Positions 37,020-46,394 of a stretch of DNA of 64,000 nucleotides are shown one piece after another. The notes beneath the pieces were generated by a model, which saw nothing but the letters and a program-made list of their open reading frames with translations, was not told the DNA's origin and made no database searches. The stretch's first letter is position 1; the number at the start of each line of letters is the position of its first letter. This stretch comes from Salinispira sp. (GTDB lineage Bacteria; Spirochaetota; Spirochaetia; DSM-27196; Salinispiraceae). The stretch spans positions 88,248 to 152,247 of the forward strand of contig CBDDDG010000001.1 of NCBI GenBank assembly GCA_965226555.1, given 5' to 3'. A program made the translations under genes and the position numbers.

Positions 37020-37941
37020 AAATGCGAAAATTTATGTGGCAGGCCACAAGGGAATGGTTGGATCTGCGATTTTACGGGAACTTACAAAACGCGGATATAC
37101 AAATATAGTACACAAAACTCATTCGGAATTGGACCTTACCCGTCAGACGGATGTGGAAAATTTTTTCGATGCTGAAATGCCCGAGTATGTTTTCTTGGGG
37201 GCGGGAAAAGTCGGCGGTATTTTGGCAAATAAGTCCGATAAAGCAGGTTTCTGCTATGAGAATGCCACGATCGGGATCAACGTCATACATTCAGCCTATA
37301 AATTCGGGGTTAAAAAATTACTGAACATTGGGTCAGCGTGTTTCTATCCGGTGCAAGCACCTCTGCCGTTAAAAGAGGAGTATATACTGAGTGGACCATT
37401 GGAAGAAACTAACGATGCCTATGCGCTTGCAAAAATATTAGCACTTAAACTATGCCAGTATTATAATGAGAACTATAATACCAATTTTCTCTCGGTTATA
37501 CCTGCAAATATGTTCGGCATACATGATAATTTTAATTTAAAAACGGCACACGTAATACCTACTATTATACGGAAAATGCACGAGGCGAAGTCATCAAATC
37601 GGACAATTACCCTGTGGGGAGATGGATCACCATCCCGTGACTTTCTTTATTTGGATGATGGAGCACAAGCAATTGTGTTTATAATGGAAAACTATGCCGC
37701 ATCTGATATTGGTAACTACATAAACATTGGAACCGGAAAAGAGATTATGATAAAAGACCTTGCTCAGCTAATTGCCAAAATTGTTGGGTTTAAAGGTGAA
37801 ATTACTTGGGATACTACAAAACCAAATGGAACCCCCCGCAGATGTCTTTCAATAGAAAAACTCACCAAACTTGGCTGGGTAAGTACTACATCACTGGAAA
37901 AAGGAATTCAGAGAACATATACGTGGTTTCTCGAAAATTGA
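37012..37941 (+). CDS. fcl: GDP-L-fucose synthase
   Basis: [40 protein letters not shown]. Overlaps the end of gmd. Confidence 0.9.
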   Translation: MNKNAKIYVAGHKGMVGSAILRELTKRGYTNIVHKTHSELDLTRQTDVENFFDAEMPEYVFLGAGKVGGILANKSDKAGFCYENATIGINVIHSAYKFGVKKLLNIGSACFYPVQAPLPLKEEYILSGPLEETNDAYALAKILALKLCQYYNENYNTNFLSVIPANMFGIHDNFNLKTAHVIPTIIRKMHEAKSSNRTITLWGDGSPSRDFLYLDDGAQAIVFIMENYAASDIGNYINIGTGKEIMIKDLAQLIAKIVGFKGEITWDTTKPNGTPRRCLSIEKLTKLGWVSTTSLEKGIQRTYTWFLEN

Positions 37942-37953
37942 GGGGAGGTATCC

Positions 37954-39036
37954 ATGGATAAAAAAAAACTGGCTGTTTACTGTACAGATGTACACGATAT
38001 AATGGACGCTTCCTTTTGTTCATTAATTTCTCAATATTATAGGTTATGTATTTTTGCACCGCCTGAGAAAATTAATTATTTGAAACAAAAAGAAATTGTT
38101 GCAGATTTTGTACCATACCCTAAAATGCTTCCTCAATGCTGGCTTTCTTCTGATTCTCTGTTATTTTCTCTCGAAAAAAAAATACGTCAATTTTTTCTAT
38201 TGGGGAAAGCGTTTTTTATTACAATAAAATTGAAACGTAGTCTTGAAACCCGTGGAATCAAAAATGTTGTTTTTACTACTACAAATCACTTAAGAGCATG
38301 GATGGCTCTTATTCCATGCAAGGTTCATTATCATGTATTTTTTCATAATATTCACCACTGGTACAAAGTACAGCTGGACCAATACAGAGACAATCATAGC
38401 AAAGGGTTTCGTTTATTTTTAAGTTCCCTATTCTTGAAAAAAATAAAGAGTGGAGTTGTATTAACACAATACTTAAGAGAAGAAATTTCTCACTATACCA
38501 ATATACCCATAGCAGTGTTTCCATTTGTTACATTTTCAGAGAATAGGTTGAAGCAAAGAGAGAAAATACTAAAAACAGTAACAATTCCTACTTTTACATT
38601 ACTTGGGGCGGTAAACAATGAAAAAAAATATTATAAGCAAATTGTTGATGTCTTTGCAAAAATAACAAAAGAATATACATTAATCTTTCTTGGTCGGGTT
38701 ATAAGTAATGAAGAAATACTATATGCCAAGCAGAAGCTGGGGAATAAAGTAGTTAGTTTTTCAGGTTATATAGAAGATGAAGAATATGAAAACACATTGT
38801 GCTCAAGCCACTTTATTATAAACAATAATTTAACAAAGCAACCTTATGGACTATACAAGGCATCGGGAATGGAATTTGAAAGTGCAGTCTATTGTGTTCC
38901 GCTCATAAAAAAAGAAGGTGGGGATGATCAATATGAGGGAAATCTTGAAAAACTAATAACAGATGCTATTTCGTCAGTACTAACGGGAAAATATTATGAA
39001 CAATATGAAAAAATGAATGATCTTGCTTCGATTTAA
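37954..39036 (+). CDS. Hypothetical GT-B-like protein whose last ~27 codons were displaced by the IS3-family insertion
   Basis: 360 aa. The final NDLASI* is read from the IS left end. The displaced native 3-prime end lies at 40286-40367. Confidence 0.45.
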   Translation: MDKKKLAVYCTDVHDIMDASFCSLISQYYRLCIFAPPEKINYLKQKEIVADFVPYPKMLPQCWLSSDSLLFSLEKKIRQFFLLGKAFFITIKLKRSLETRGIKNVVFTTTNHLRAWMALIPCKVHYHVFFHNIHHWYKVQLDQYRDNHSKGFRLFLSSLFLKKIKSGVVLTQYLREEISHYTNIPIAVFPFVTFSENRLKQREKILKTVTIPTFTLLGAVNNEKKYYKQIVDVFAKITKEYTLIFLGRVISNEEILYAKQKLGNKVVSFSGYIEDEEYENTLCSSHFIINNNLTKQPYGLYKASGMEFESAVYCVPLIKKEGGDDQYEGNLEKLITDAISSVLTGKYYEQYEKMNDLASI

Positions 39037-39080
39037 CGGACACTCTTCTAAGCACGATACTATAGGGAGAGGAGAGTGTT

Positions 39081-39371
39081 ATGGAAACACGGAAAGTCAG
39101 AAAATTCTATGCTGAGGATTTTAAGGAACAGGCTGTGGAGCTTGCCAAAGAAATTGGCACGAAGCAGGCGACGGAAAAGCTGGGTATAGCAAGTTATCAT
39201 ACCCTCGCGAAATGGGTTCGGAACGACCAGAAAGGTCCCGAGTTTCGGGAACTTCAGGAAGCCCTGGCCGAGAACAAACGATTGAGAAAGGAACTGCGCG
39301 CCGAGAAAAAGGCGGTGGCAATACTCAATGATGCAATGGTTTTTTTTTGCAGAAAGGAGAGCCTGAAATGA
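39081..39371 (+). CDS. IS3-family transposase OrfA (HTH)
   Basis: METRKVRKFYAEDFKEQAVELAKEIGTKQATEKLGIASYHTLAKWVRN. Confidence 0.85.
   Translation: METRKVRKFYAEDFKEQAVELAKEIGTKQATEKLGIASYHTLAKWVRNDQKGPEFRELQEALAENKRLRKELRAEKKAVAILNDAMVFFCRKESLK
39340..39348 (+). other. Candidate programmed -1 frameshift site (run of 9 T) joining OrfA to OrfB
   Basis: GTT TTT TTT TGC in the OrfA frame. A -1 slip gives TTT TTT TTG CAG AAA GGA, the OrfB frame (..QKGEPEMKYRG). Confidence 0.5.
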
Positions 39372-40252
39372 AGTATCGAGGAATTGAGCAGCTGAAGCAG
39401 ACCGGACATGCTGTTGCACCATGCTGCAAACTTCTGAAGGTGTCCAGCTCGGGATTCTATGACTGGCTTAAGAGAGAACCGTCCAAAAACACCCGCAGGG
39501 ATGATGAGCTTACGGGTAAAATCCTGCGTGTGTATACTGAAAATAAGGGATGCTACGGTTCGCCCCGAATTCACCGGCTGCTGCATCTTCATGGTGAAGC
39601 AATCGGGAGGAACCGAGTCGCCCGGCTTATGAGGGAATCGGGGCTCAATGCGGGGAGAACGAAGGCATATCGCCCGCGAACAACAATGAGCAATCCATCC
39701 CAGAAGAAGTCTCCGCGGGTGTTTCGCATTGAAAGCTCCACGGTTACGAAAGCGAATGAGGTCTGGGCATCGGACCTCACGTACCTGCCCGCCGGCGCAG
39801 GATTTGCGTACCTTGTTGTGGTTCTGGACATCTATACCCGGGAAATTACGGGCTGGAATGTCAGTGATTCCATGGAGAGCACACAGACGGAAAAGGCTCT
39901 GTTACAGGCCGTACGGAGAACTCCCGGGGAGTTGAATAGCTTGGTCTTTCATTCAGATCAGGGAACGCAGTATTGCGCGCAGAGCATTCGAGACAAACTG
40001 GAAATGTTACATATTACCCAGTCGATGTCGAGAAGGGGGAATTGCTACGATAATGCCTTTGTGGAAAGTTTTTTCCACACGCTGAAGAATGAGCTTGGTA
40101 AGCCGAGGTTTCAGAACCTTCAGGAGGCGCGGAAGATAGTTTTTGAATACATCAACTGGTATAACCGAGAGAGGCTTCATTCTTCTCTTGACTATATGAG
40201 TCCGATGAATTATGCTTTGAAAACAGCAGGAGAATCCTGTTGTGTTGCTTAG
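39347..40252 (+). CDS. IS3-family transposase OrfB (rve/DDE integrase core)
   Basis: WASDLTYLP, FHSDQGTQY, NCYDNAFVESFFHTLKNE, YNRERLHSSLDYMSP. Confidence 0.85.
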   Translation: MQKGEPEMKYRGIEQLKQTGHAVAPCCKLLKVSSSGFYDWLKREPSKNTRRDDELTGKILRVYTENKGCYGSPRIHRLLHLHGEAIGRNRVARLMRESGLNAGRTKAYRPRTTMSNPSQKKSPRVFRIESSTVTKANEVWASDLTYLPAGAGFAYLVVVLDIYTREITGWNVSDSMESTQTEKALLQAVRRTPGELNSLVFHSDQGTQYCAQSIRDKLEMLHITQSMSRRGNCYDNAFVESFFHTLKNELGKPRFQNLQEARKIVFEYINWYNRERLHSSLDYMSPMNYALKTAGESCCVA

Positions 40253-40285
40253 CGGATTGTCCGAATTTTCGAAGCAAGATCAGAA

Positions 40286-40367
40286 AGAAAAAGTTCTCCA
40301 TGAAATTTCTATAGATTCTTCGCATGAAATTTTTATGAACATTGAATCATGTTCTCAAAATGAATAA
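40286..40367 (+). other. Displaced native 3-prime end of the gene at 37954
   Basis: Removing the IS and one GAA copy restores the frame ...EKM-KEKVLHEISIDSSHEIFMNIESCSQNE*. Confidence 0.6.
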
Positions 40368-40437
40368 ATTATGACTTCATTGAAAATTTACGAAAAGAAT
40401 TATCGGTATAAAGCACCCCAAGGAGCAGGATAGTACA

Positions 40438-42255
40438 ATGCTTAAACAACTGTTATTACTTGCCCGACCCGGACGCGGCAAACAATTCATATTCGTAACC
40501 CTCATTATGCTTGCCAGTACAATAAGTGAACTTGCTATGTTAGGATTCTTGGGGCTTTTTATTACCTCCATACTAAATCCTGACGGAATTGCCGATAATG
40601 AATTTTTTCAGTTTCTGGATCAATTATTATCAATAAACATTACACAGAATTCTCTAACCTACATTATTACCTTTCTTGGTATTCTGGTTATTTTTGCTGC
40701 TGTTTTTAAAAGTCTGGTGCGTATATTATCTATCTATGCCATGAGCCGGTACAGCGAGGCTGTCGCTGGCGATGTTGTGTATGACGTTATACATAATTTA
40801 CTACATGCCAATTATGAAAAAGTGCTCCTCCTCAATCGTTCTGAAATCATTCAGAATATTGAATGGAGAATGCATATAAGAGCATACCTACTTTCAATAA
40901 TTTTTGTCATTGGTGAAATATCCGTGAGCGCGTTAATAATTACCGGCCTCATAATAACCAATCCGCTTCCGAGCATGGTTTTACTCGTTCTGTTAGGACT
41001 CTTTGCCGTATGGGTATTTACCTTTTTAAAGCGGATAATTGATGTAAAATCTCAACAGGTTACACAATTGGCAGGGAATATTTTCACCGAACTTCGACAT
41101 TACATTAATGGTTTCAAAGATTTACTCATTTCGTGTTCCGAAGAAAACATTCTCAGGGAAATCAAAACTAAATTCACCGTGTTTTCCAGAATTTCGGGCA
41201 CTCAAATATTCTTTTCACAGTTGCCTGCAATTATTGTTGAAGCATTGGGTTTTATTGTTCTTGCGGGACTGAGTATTGTTTTACTCAATACGGAGCTATT
41301 TTCAATAACCGACCTCATAACATTACTTACGGTTTTCGCTGTTGCGCTATGGAGGGTCATACCCGGCATGGTTCGCTCAATGAACCGTTTTGGGCAAATA
41401 CAGGTGTCCCGTCCCTATATTCAACGAATAATTACTACCATAAACGAGTTGGGAAAGTACCCCCATGAATGGCAGAGTACGGGAAAAAACATTAGCAAAA
41501 TACATACTCTTTCTTTTAGTAACGTAACCTACCAATACCAGACCCGACCTGATGCTGCCCTCAAAAACATTACCTTTTCGGCAAAGAGAGGAGAAAAAAT
41601 TGGCATTATTGGTTCTTCTGGATCGGGCAAGAGTACGTTGGTAGATATGTTAATAGGTCTCATTTCGCCCCGGAATGGTGAAGTGCGTGTTAATGATACT
41701 TCCCTCATGCAGGTTAACCGCGATAACTGGTTAAACCAAATTGGGTATGTTTCGCAATCTCCCTTTTTTTGCGACAGCAGCATTGCAGAAAATATTATTT
41801 TTGGACATAACGGGGCAAACGCTAATGAAAAACACCTGCGGCATGTTTGCGACTTGGCGTCCATGAATTATATTAATGACCTGCCCAATGGATTACATAC
41901 GCGAATTGGTGAGAAGGGTGTTCAGCTCTCAGGAGGGCAACTTCAGCGCATTGCCATTGCTCGAACACTGTATAGAAACCCCGTTCTCATTATTTTCGAT
42001 GAAGCCACCAGCGCGCTTGATAACAGTACTGAAAAATCAATTATGAATACCATTTACTCCATACAGGGAATAACCATGTTTATTGTTGCTCACCGGCTTA
42101 GTACGGTAAAACGTTGCGACAACATTCTCTGGATTGAAAATGGAGAACTGCAAGACTATGGTCCGCCCGATGTTGTTATTCCGCGGTATGAATTATATAC
42201 TGCCCAACATACACCGCAATATGAACCGCCCCTGGTTTACGAAAGGGAAATGTAA
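40438..42255 (+). CDS. ABC transporter, fused permease/ATPase (MsbA-like exporter)
   Basis: 605 aa. Six N-terminal TM helices. Walker A GSSGSGKST, signature LSGGQLQRIAIAR, Walker B LIIFDEATSALD. Confidence 0.85.
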   Translation: MLKQLLLLARPGRGKQFIFVTLIMLASTISELAMLGFLGLFITSILNPDGIADNEFFQFLDQLLSINITQNSLTYIITFLGILVIFAAVFKSLVRILSIYAMSRYSEAVAGDVVYDVIHNLLHANYEKVLLLNRSEIIQNIEWRMHIRAYLLSIIFVIGEISVSALIITGLIITNPLPSMVLLVLLGLFAVWVFTFLKRIIDVKSQQVTQLAGNIFTELRHYINGFKDLLISCSEENILREIKTKFTVFSRISGTQIFFSQLPAIIVEALGFIVLAGLSIVLLNTELFSITDLITLLTVFAVALWRVIPGMVRSMNRFGQIQVSRPYIQRIITTINELGKYPHEWQSTGKNISKIHTLSFSNVTYQYQTRPDAALKNITFSAKRGEKIGIIGSSGSGKSTLVDMLIGLISPRNGEVRVNDTSLMQVNRDNWLNQIGYVSQSPFFCDSSIAENIIFGHNGANANEKHLRHVCDLASMNYINDLPNGLHTRIGEKGVQLSGGQLQRIAIARTLYRNPVLIIFDEATSALDNSTEKSIMNTIYSIQGITMFIVAHRLSTVKRCDNILWIENGELQDYGPPDVVIPRYELYTAQHTPQYEPPLVYEREM

Positions 42256-42262
42256 ATCTATA

Positions 42263-42499
42263 ATGATGGGTACTATGGTATACACAAAGAGATACCCGGA
42301 GGAGACTCGGGAGAATACCCGGTGGTCGAATATTCGCTGTCGTGTGGAACCTGTGTTTGCGCAGCGAAAGGGGGCATTGAGATTTCGGCAGGTCAGGCGG
42401 AAGGGACTGAAAAGAGCGAGATTTGAGATTGGTTTGGGAAATATGGTCTACAACATGCAGAGAATGTGTTTTTTGATCAATCGGTTGCAGTCGGGATAA
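42263..42499 (+). pseudogene. C-terminal remnant of an IS5/IS1182-type DDE transposase
   Basis: RCRVEPVFAQRKGALRFRQVRRKGLKRARFEIGLGNMVYNMQRM matches the conserved C-terminal block of DDE_Tnp_1 transposases. No N-terminal part is present. Confidence 0.6.
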
Positions 42500-42593
42500 G
42501 GCAACACCCCGAAAAAGTATGAAAGAAACAAGCGGAAAACACCGAAAAACGGGGGCGCAAAACAAAAACCTCTGCAAAAAATGGGCAGAAGTG

Positions 42594-42622
42594 TTGACAT
42601 ATACGTATTTTTTGGTGATACT
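42594..42622 (+). promoter_or_regulatory. Sigma70-like promoter upstream of the Wzz-like gene
   Basis: TTGACA (42594-42599), 17-nt spacer, GATACT (42617-42622). Confidence 0.4.
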
Positions 42623-42714
42623 CAGAGTACAGTGGAGCTTAAAAAAACGTTATTTCCGCGATGCAGTGTGAAATACCCGCGTTTCCAGAGCTTCCCAAAA
42701 TAATGGAGGAACCC

Positions 42715-43584
42715 ATGAATGAATCAACGCAGGAAGCCATAAACACTTCCGAGAATGCCGACTACCTTACAATAGGCGACATAATAGCATTTTTTGCGGC
42801 ATACCGAAAACTCATTCTCATTCCCACTGTCGTGCTCAGCATACTCCTGTTCATTTTCCTTATTTTTACACCGCTACTGACCCGCTTTGTCAATCCAAAC
42901 ACTAGTAATGCCTATGTAACAGTCATATCAGTTCCTTCAAGTGTTCAATCGGCATTAATTATGCAGCAGTCAGTACAGCAACAAATTACCACCCTGTTGA
43001 ACAGCCCCCCATTTCTCTTAGACGTACTTAATAGTTTTGATAGTGAATATCTAAAAATTGATTCTTATGAGAAAATTTCCGATATTGTGCAGCATAGGTG
43101 GATAGGGAGTAACTTGACTATAACGGTACGCTTGGATAATAGTGAAGACTTTCTGAAACTATTGCTGAACAAGCTAACTATGGAAATTACCGCAGAACTG
43201 AATAGCCTATACGAGCTGTACTTAGTCCGAAACGATAGCATTCTGGCGCAGGTCGAGCAATTGTTAAGTTCGTACTTCGTGGAAGAATGGACTCCCGAAT
43301 CGCTCATAGGAATTAGCGTGCTGAATTTTGTTAACCAACGTTTATCGGTAATAGGTTACTTTGGCGATGGAATAATTACTATTTGGGAGAATAATCAAAT
43401 ATTAATAGAAGAGCCGAACGAAAATATCGGCATTAGTACATCCATCATTTTTATGATATCTGCCATAGCAGCAAATTTCATTCTATTTTCCGTATTGGCT
43501 CTCATCGTCAATTTTTTCAGGAGCATCCAGAACAACCCTGTGGAAAAAGAAAAAATCCGCAACGCGCTGAGCTCAACGAAATAG
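42715..43584 (+). CDS. Chain-length-determinant (Wzz)-like protein
   Basis: One TM helix near each end (LILIPTVVLSILLFIFLIF and IIFMISAIAANFILFSVLALIV) with a long central segment. ATG 42715 lies 6 nt after GGAGGA. Confidence 0.5.
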   Translation: MNESTQEAINTSENADYLTIGDIIAFFAAYRKLILIPTVVLSILLFIFLIFTPLLTRFVNPNTSNAYVTVISVPSSVQSALIMQQSVQQQITTLLNSPPFLLDVLNSFDSEYLKIDSYEKISDIVQHRWIGSNLTITVRLDNSEDFLKLLLNKLTMEITAELNSLYELYLVRNDSILAQVEQLLSSYFVEEWTPESLIGISVLNFVNQRLSVIGYFGDGIITIWENNQILIEEPNENIGISTSIIFMISAIAANFILFSVLALIVNFFRSIQNNPVEKEKIRNALSSTK

Positions 43585-43680
43585 GAGATAATAGTTGCGA
43601 AATGGCGTCCGTCCAAAACTTTCAGTTATTCTGTTCTGCGGATATTTCATCATCCTGCTCCCACAGATAAATATGCCGAA

Positions 43681-44691
43681 ATGCTGAAAAAAATGGGTTG
43701 TACCGTGCGCGGGCTGCGCTTTTCTCCAGATAGCCTGAACCCCCTAACAGATTTTTTTCTCGTAGTAAAATTGTTTTTTCATTATCGCTATTACAGACCC
43801 GATATAGTTATGCTATATACCGTTAAACTTAATATTTATGGTTCCATAGCAAGTCAACTCCTTGCAATTCCGCAAATAAGCACTGTAACCGGACTTGGAC
43901 CAACGTTCGATACAAATAATTGGCTAACCAGTTTTGTGAGCGCATTGTACCGTATCGCTTTATGGCCTGCGGAAAAGGTATTTTTTCAGAATGAATCGAA
44001 TGCCGAGACCTTTGCCTCACGCAAAATAGTGAGAAGAGAACAAATTGTACGCGTTACTGGTTCTGGAGTAGATCTAACACATTTCACCCCAGAGCGATCT
44101 CCCGGTTCCCATCTGTTTCAACAAGGAACAAACTTTCTCCTCATAGCGCGCATGCTCTGGACTAAGGGAATTGGAGAATATGTTGAAGCTGCGCGGCTCA
44201 TAAAACAGGAATATACCAATGTTGAATTTTACCTGTTAGGGCCATCCGGTGCGGGAAATTCGGCAGCAGTATCTCAGGCGCGCATTGACGAATGGATGAG
44301 TGAGGGACTTGTGCAGCACTTGGGAGTTTGCGATGATGTGCGGCCCTACATAGCCTCCGCAAGCTGTGTGGTACTTCCGTCATACTACCATGAGGGATTA
44401 TCCCGCGTACTCATGGAAGCAGCCGCCATGGCCGTACCCGTTATTACAACAGATTGGGCGGGTTGTCGCGAAACTGTAGAAAATGGCATAACAGGGTATC
44501 TCTGTCAGCCGAGGAATGCCGTATCTCTCCACGAACAAATAAAGAAATTTATTTCCCTCTCTGCCGATGAACAGCAAACAATGGGCGAACAGGGACGGAA
44601 AAAAGCCGAGCAGGAATTCGACAAGAAAGTTGTTGCAAAAAAATACATGAGCGAAATGAAACAAATTCTTTTTCAGGATCATAAACAATAA
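43681..44691 (+). CDS. Glycosyltransferase family 1/4 (GT-B); N-terminus possibly degraded
   Basis: VVLPSYYHEGLSRVLMEAAAMAVPVITTDWAGCRETVENGITGYL. The frame is open from 43585, but no canonical start lies upstream of ATG 43681. Confidence 0.65.
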   Translation: MLKKMGCTVRGLRFSPDSLNPLTDFFLVVKLFFHYRYYRPDIVMLYTVKLNIYGSIASQLLAIPQISTVTGLGPTFDTNNWLTSFVSALYRIALWPAEKVFFQNESNAETFASRKIVRREQIVRVTGSGVDLTHFTPERSPGSHLFQQGTNFLLIARMLWTKGIGEYVEAARLIKQEYTNVEFYLLGPSGAGNSAAVSQARIDEWMSEGLVQHLGVCDDVRPYIASASCVVLPSYYHEGLSRVLMEAAAMAVPVITTDWAGCRETVENGITGYLCQPRNAVSLHEQIKKFISLSADEQQTMGEQGRKKAEQEFDKKVVAKKYMSEMKQILFQDHKQ

Positions 44692-44959
44692 TGCAAAATA
44701 TAAAGCAACCCATATGTTCTCAAATCAAGGAGTTTATAACCAATGACGGTAATCGGTAAAGGCACAGTACTGTCTATTCCAAGCGATATCCAGAATGGGC
44801 TGTCTTTTAATCTGGTAAATAGAATAAGACGCATTTGAATAGTCCAACATTCATTTGGAATGCGCTGAATATCTGAGCATTCCTGAAGGAACTGGCATGT
44901 AAGGTTGAGCAAAATGTTGATATCATCCGCTCTGCGCGCAGGCCGAGCGGCGCCAATTA

Positions 44960-46128
44960 TTAATGCGATCCGTTCCGCACTGTCCGCATTTCCTCATCGC
45001 TCAGCCCGGTAATTCTCTGAACAGCCTCTGTCGACAAGCCTTCCAAAAACATACTGCGGGCGTTTTTTCTCCGCTCCTCAATATGCCCCTCAGCGCGACC
45101 TTTCAGAATACCCTTTTCCATACCCTTCGCAATGCCCTCAGCCCGGCCCTTTGTGATACCCTGCTCAAGACCCTCAACACGGCCTTTCAGAATACCCTTC
45201 TCCATGCCTTCCCTGACGAAGGCGTTGGTTATGTTATATGTCCGCATACTGTTTTCTCCTTCAGGATATAGTTTCCTGTTAATTTTCTCAAACTGTTCAT
45301 ACAGTCCCAAGTCCTTCAGGTAGCCCAGCACACTCTCTGCCAGATCAGTAAAGTCTTGTGAAGACAGACCGTTCAGGAGCTGCGCAATTTCTTTCAGCCC
45401 CTCAGTGTCCATTTCATTATCTCGCATTATATACCACAATGCAGTCGATGTATATCGGTTTTCATCGGAACGCCATGCCAACTGTTTCTTTGTCATTCTA
45501 CAAAGATCGCGCACAATGTACGACACTTTCACCCTGACATCTACCGTGCCTTCAATCATAGATTCGAAAGCAGCATTTCCATGCGAACTGTAAAATGTGA
45601 GTGGGAGGTTCCATTCCTTTTTTCCATGGTAGAGCAGCAGTATATAGATAGCATCATTTTCATTGTACACATTGCTGTTTCTGAGGGCATGCTACAGAAA
45701 CTTTTGCTACTGGAAATTGTGCAGAGCACAATTTCCAGTAGCAAAAGTTTCAAATTCGGAATGCTTTCTTTGTGCTTAGCATTCTCCTATTTCATAGAAA
45801 GTTTTGCCTGTGGCAAAACTTTGTGATAATTATCGATTTGAGTGAGCGCATGTTTATGCTGGTAGCTTTTGTGTTCAATAATGAACAGGGCTTTCCGGTC
45901 GGGGTCTGACAGGAAGGGGGCGCTGACAACGAGATCGCAGTGAATGTTCTTTTTTCCCGCAATGTAGCTGGGGTTTTCAATGCGGATTTTGTCCATGTCC
46001 AGCTTGGCAAGAGTTGTATCCTCACAGAACAGCCGCAGCAGGTCGAGAATCATACGGGGGGTTCTGTAGTAGGCGATCTTGAAGGCTATGTCGTGGATGT
46101 TGCCTGTGCTATGGGATGATTTTTTCAT
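44960..46128 (-). pseudogene. Rpn-family (PDDEXK_2/YhgA-like) nuclease paralogue A, interrupted by a 131-bp element
   Basis: The N-part 45787-46128 and C-part 44960-45670 are collinear with intact paralogues. The break falls between DNYQ and HALRNS. Confidence 0.85.
45694..45824 (+). mobile_element. MITE-like hairpin-rich element (131 bp) inserted in Rpn paralogue A
   Basis: The intact paralogue reads GAGGGCATGCT|GATAATTATCG. Here 131 bp are inserted at that junction. They contain a 26-bp-stem hairpin (GAAACTTTTGCTACTGGAAATTGTGC-AGA-GCACAATTTCCAGTAGCAAAAGTTTC), GAATGCT...AGCATTC, and AAAGTTTTGCC-TGT-GGCAAAACTTT. Confidence 0.85.
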
Positions 46129-46394
46129 ATTCTTCCTCCTACATCTGTGACGGGAGAAAAACGAGATATGAATGACAAAATGAGAAATTTTTGTGAAATT
46201 TTGTAATTATTTTTTTAGAAGGGTATGTTCCCGGAAACATCCGAGCATGATGAACAGGCAGTTCAGGATCTGGCGCGAGAGTTTATGCAGACAGGAGCTG
46301 CAACGCGGGTCGCGCTGCAACTCCTGTTTAATTTAATCTGTTCCAGACGCATGGGTGAGCCGGATGCGTGGTCGAGCAGGCCGAGCGGCGATAA

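Larger units (their letters stand above)
39018..40282 (+). mobile_element. IS3-family insertion sequence (1265 bp) with imperfect ~38-bp terminal IRs and a 3-bp GAA target-site duplication
   Basis: Left end TGATCTTGCTTCGATTTAACGGACACTCTTCTAAGCA. Reverse complement of the right end TGATCTTGCTTCGAAAATTCGGACAATCCGCTAAGCA. GAA at 39015-39017 and 40283-40285. Confidence 0.85.

Noticed and set aside
46230-46250. Near-palindrome ATGTTCCCGGAAACAT in each Rpn spacer as a possible operator
   Set aside because: It is imperfect, with one mismatch per half-site. There is no candidate regulator in the window, and its recurrence is explained by unit duplication. The support is insufficient.
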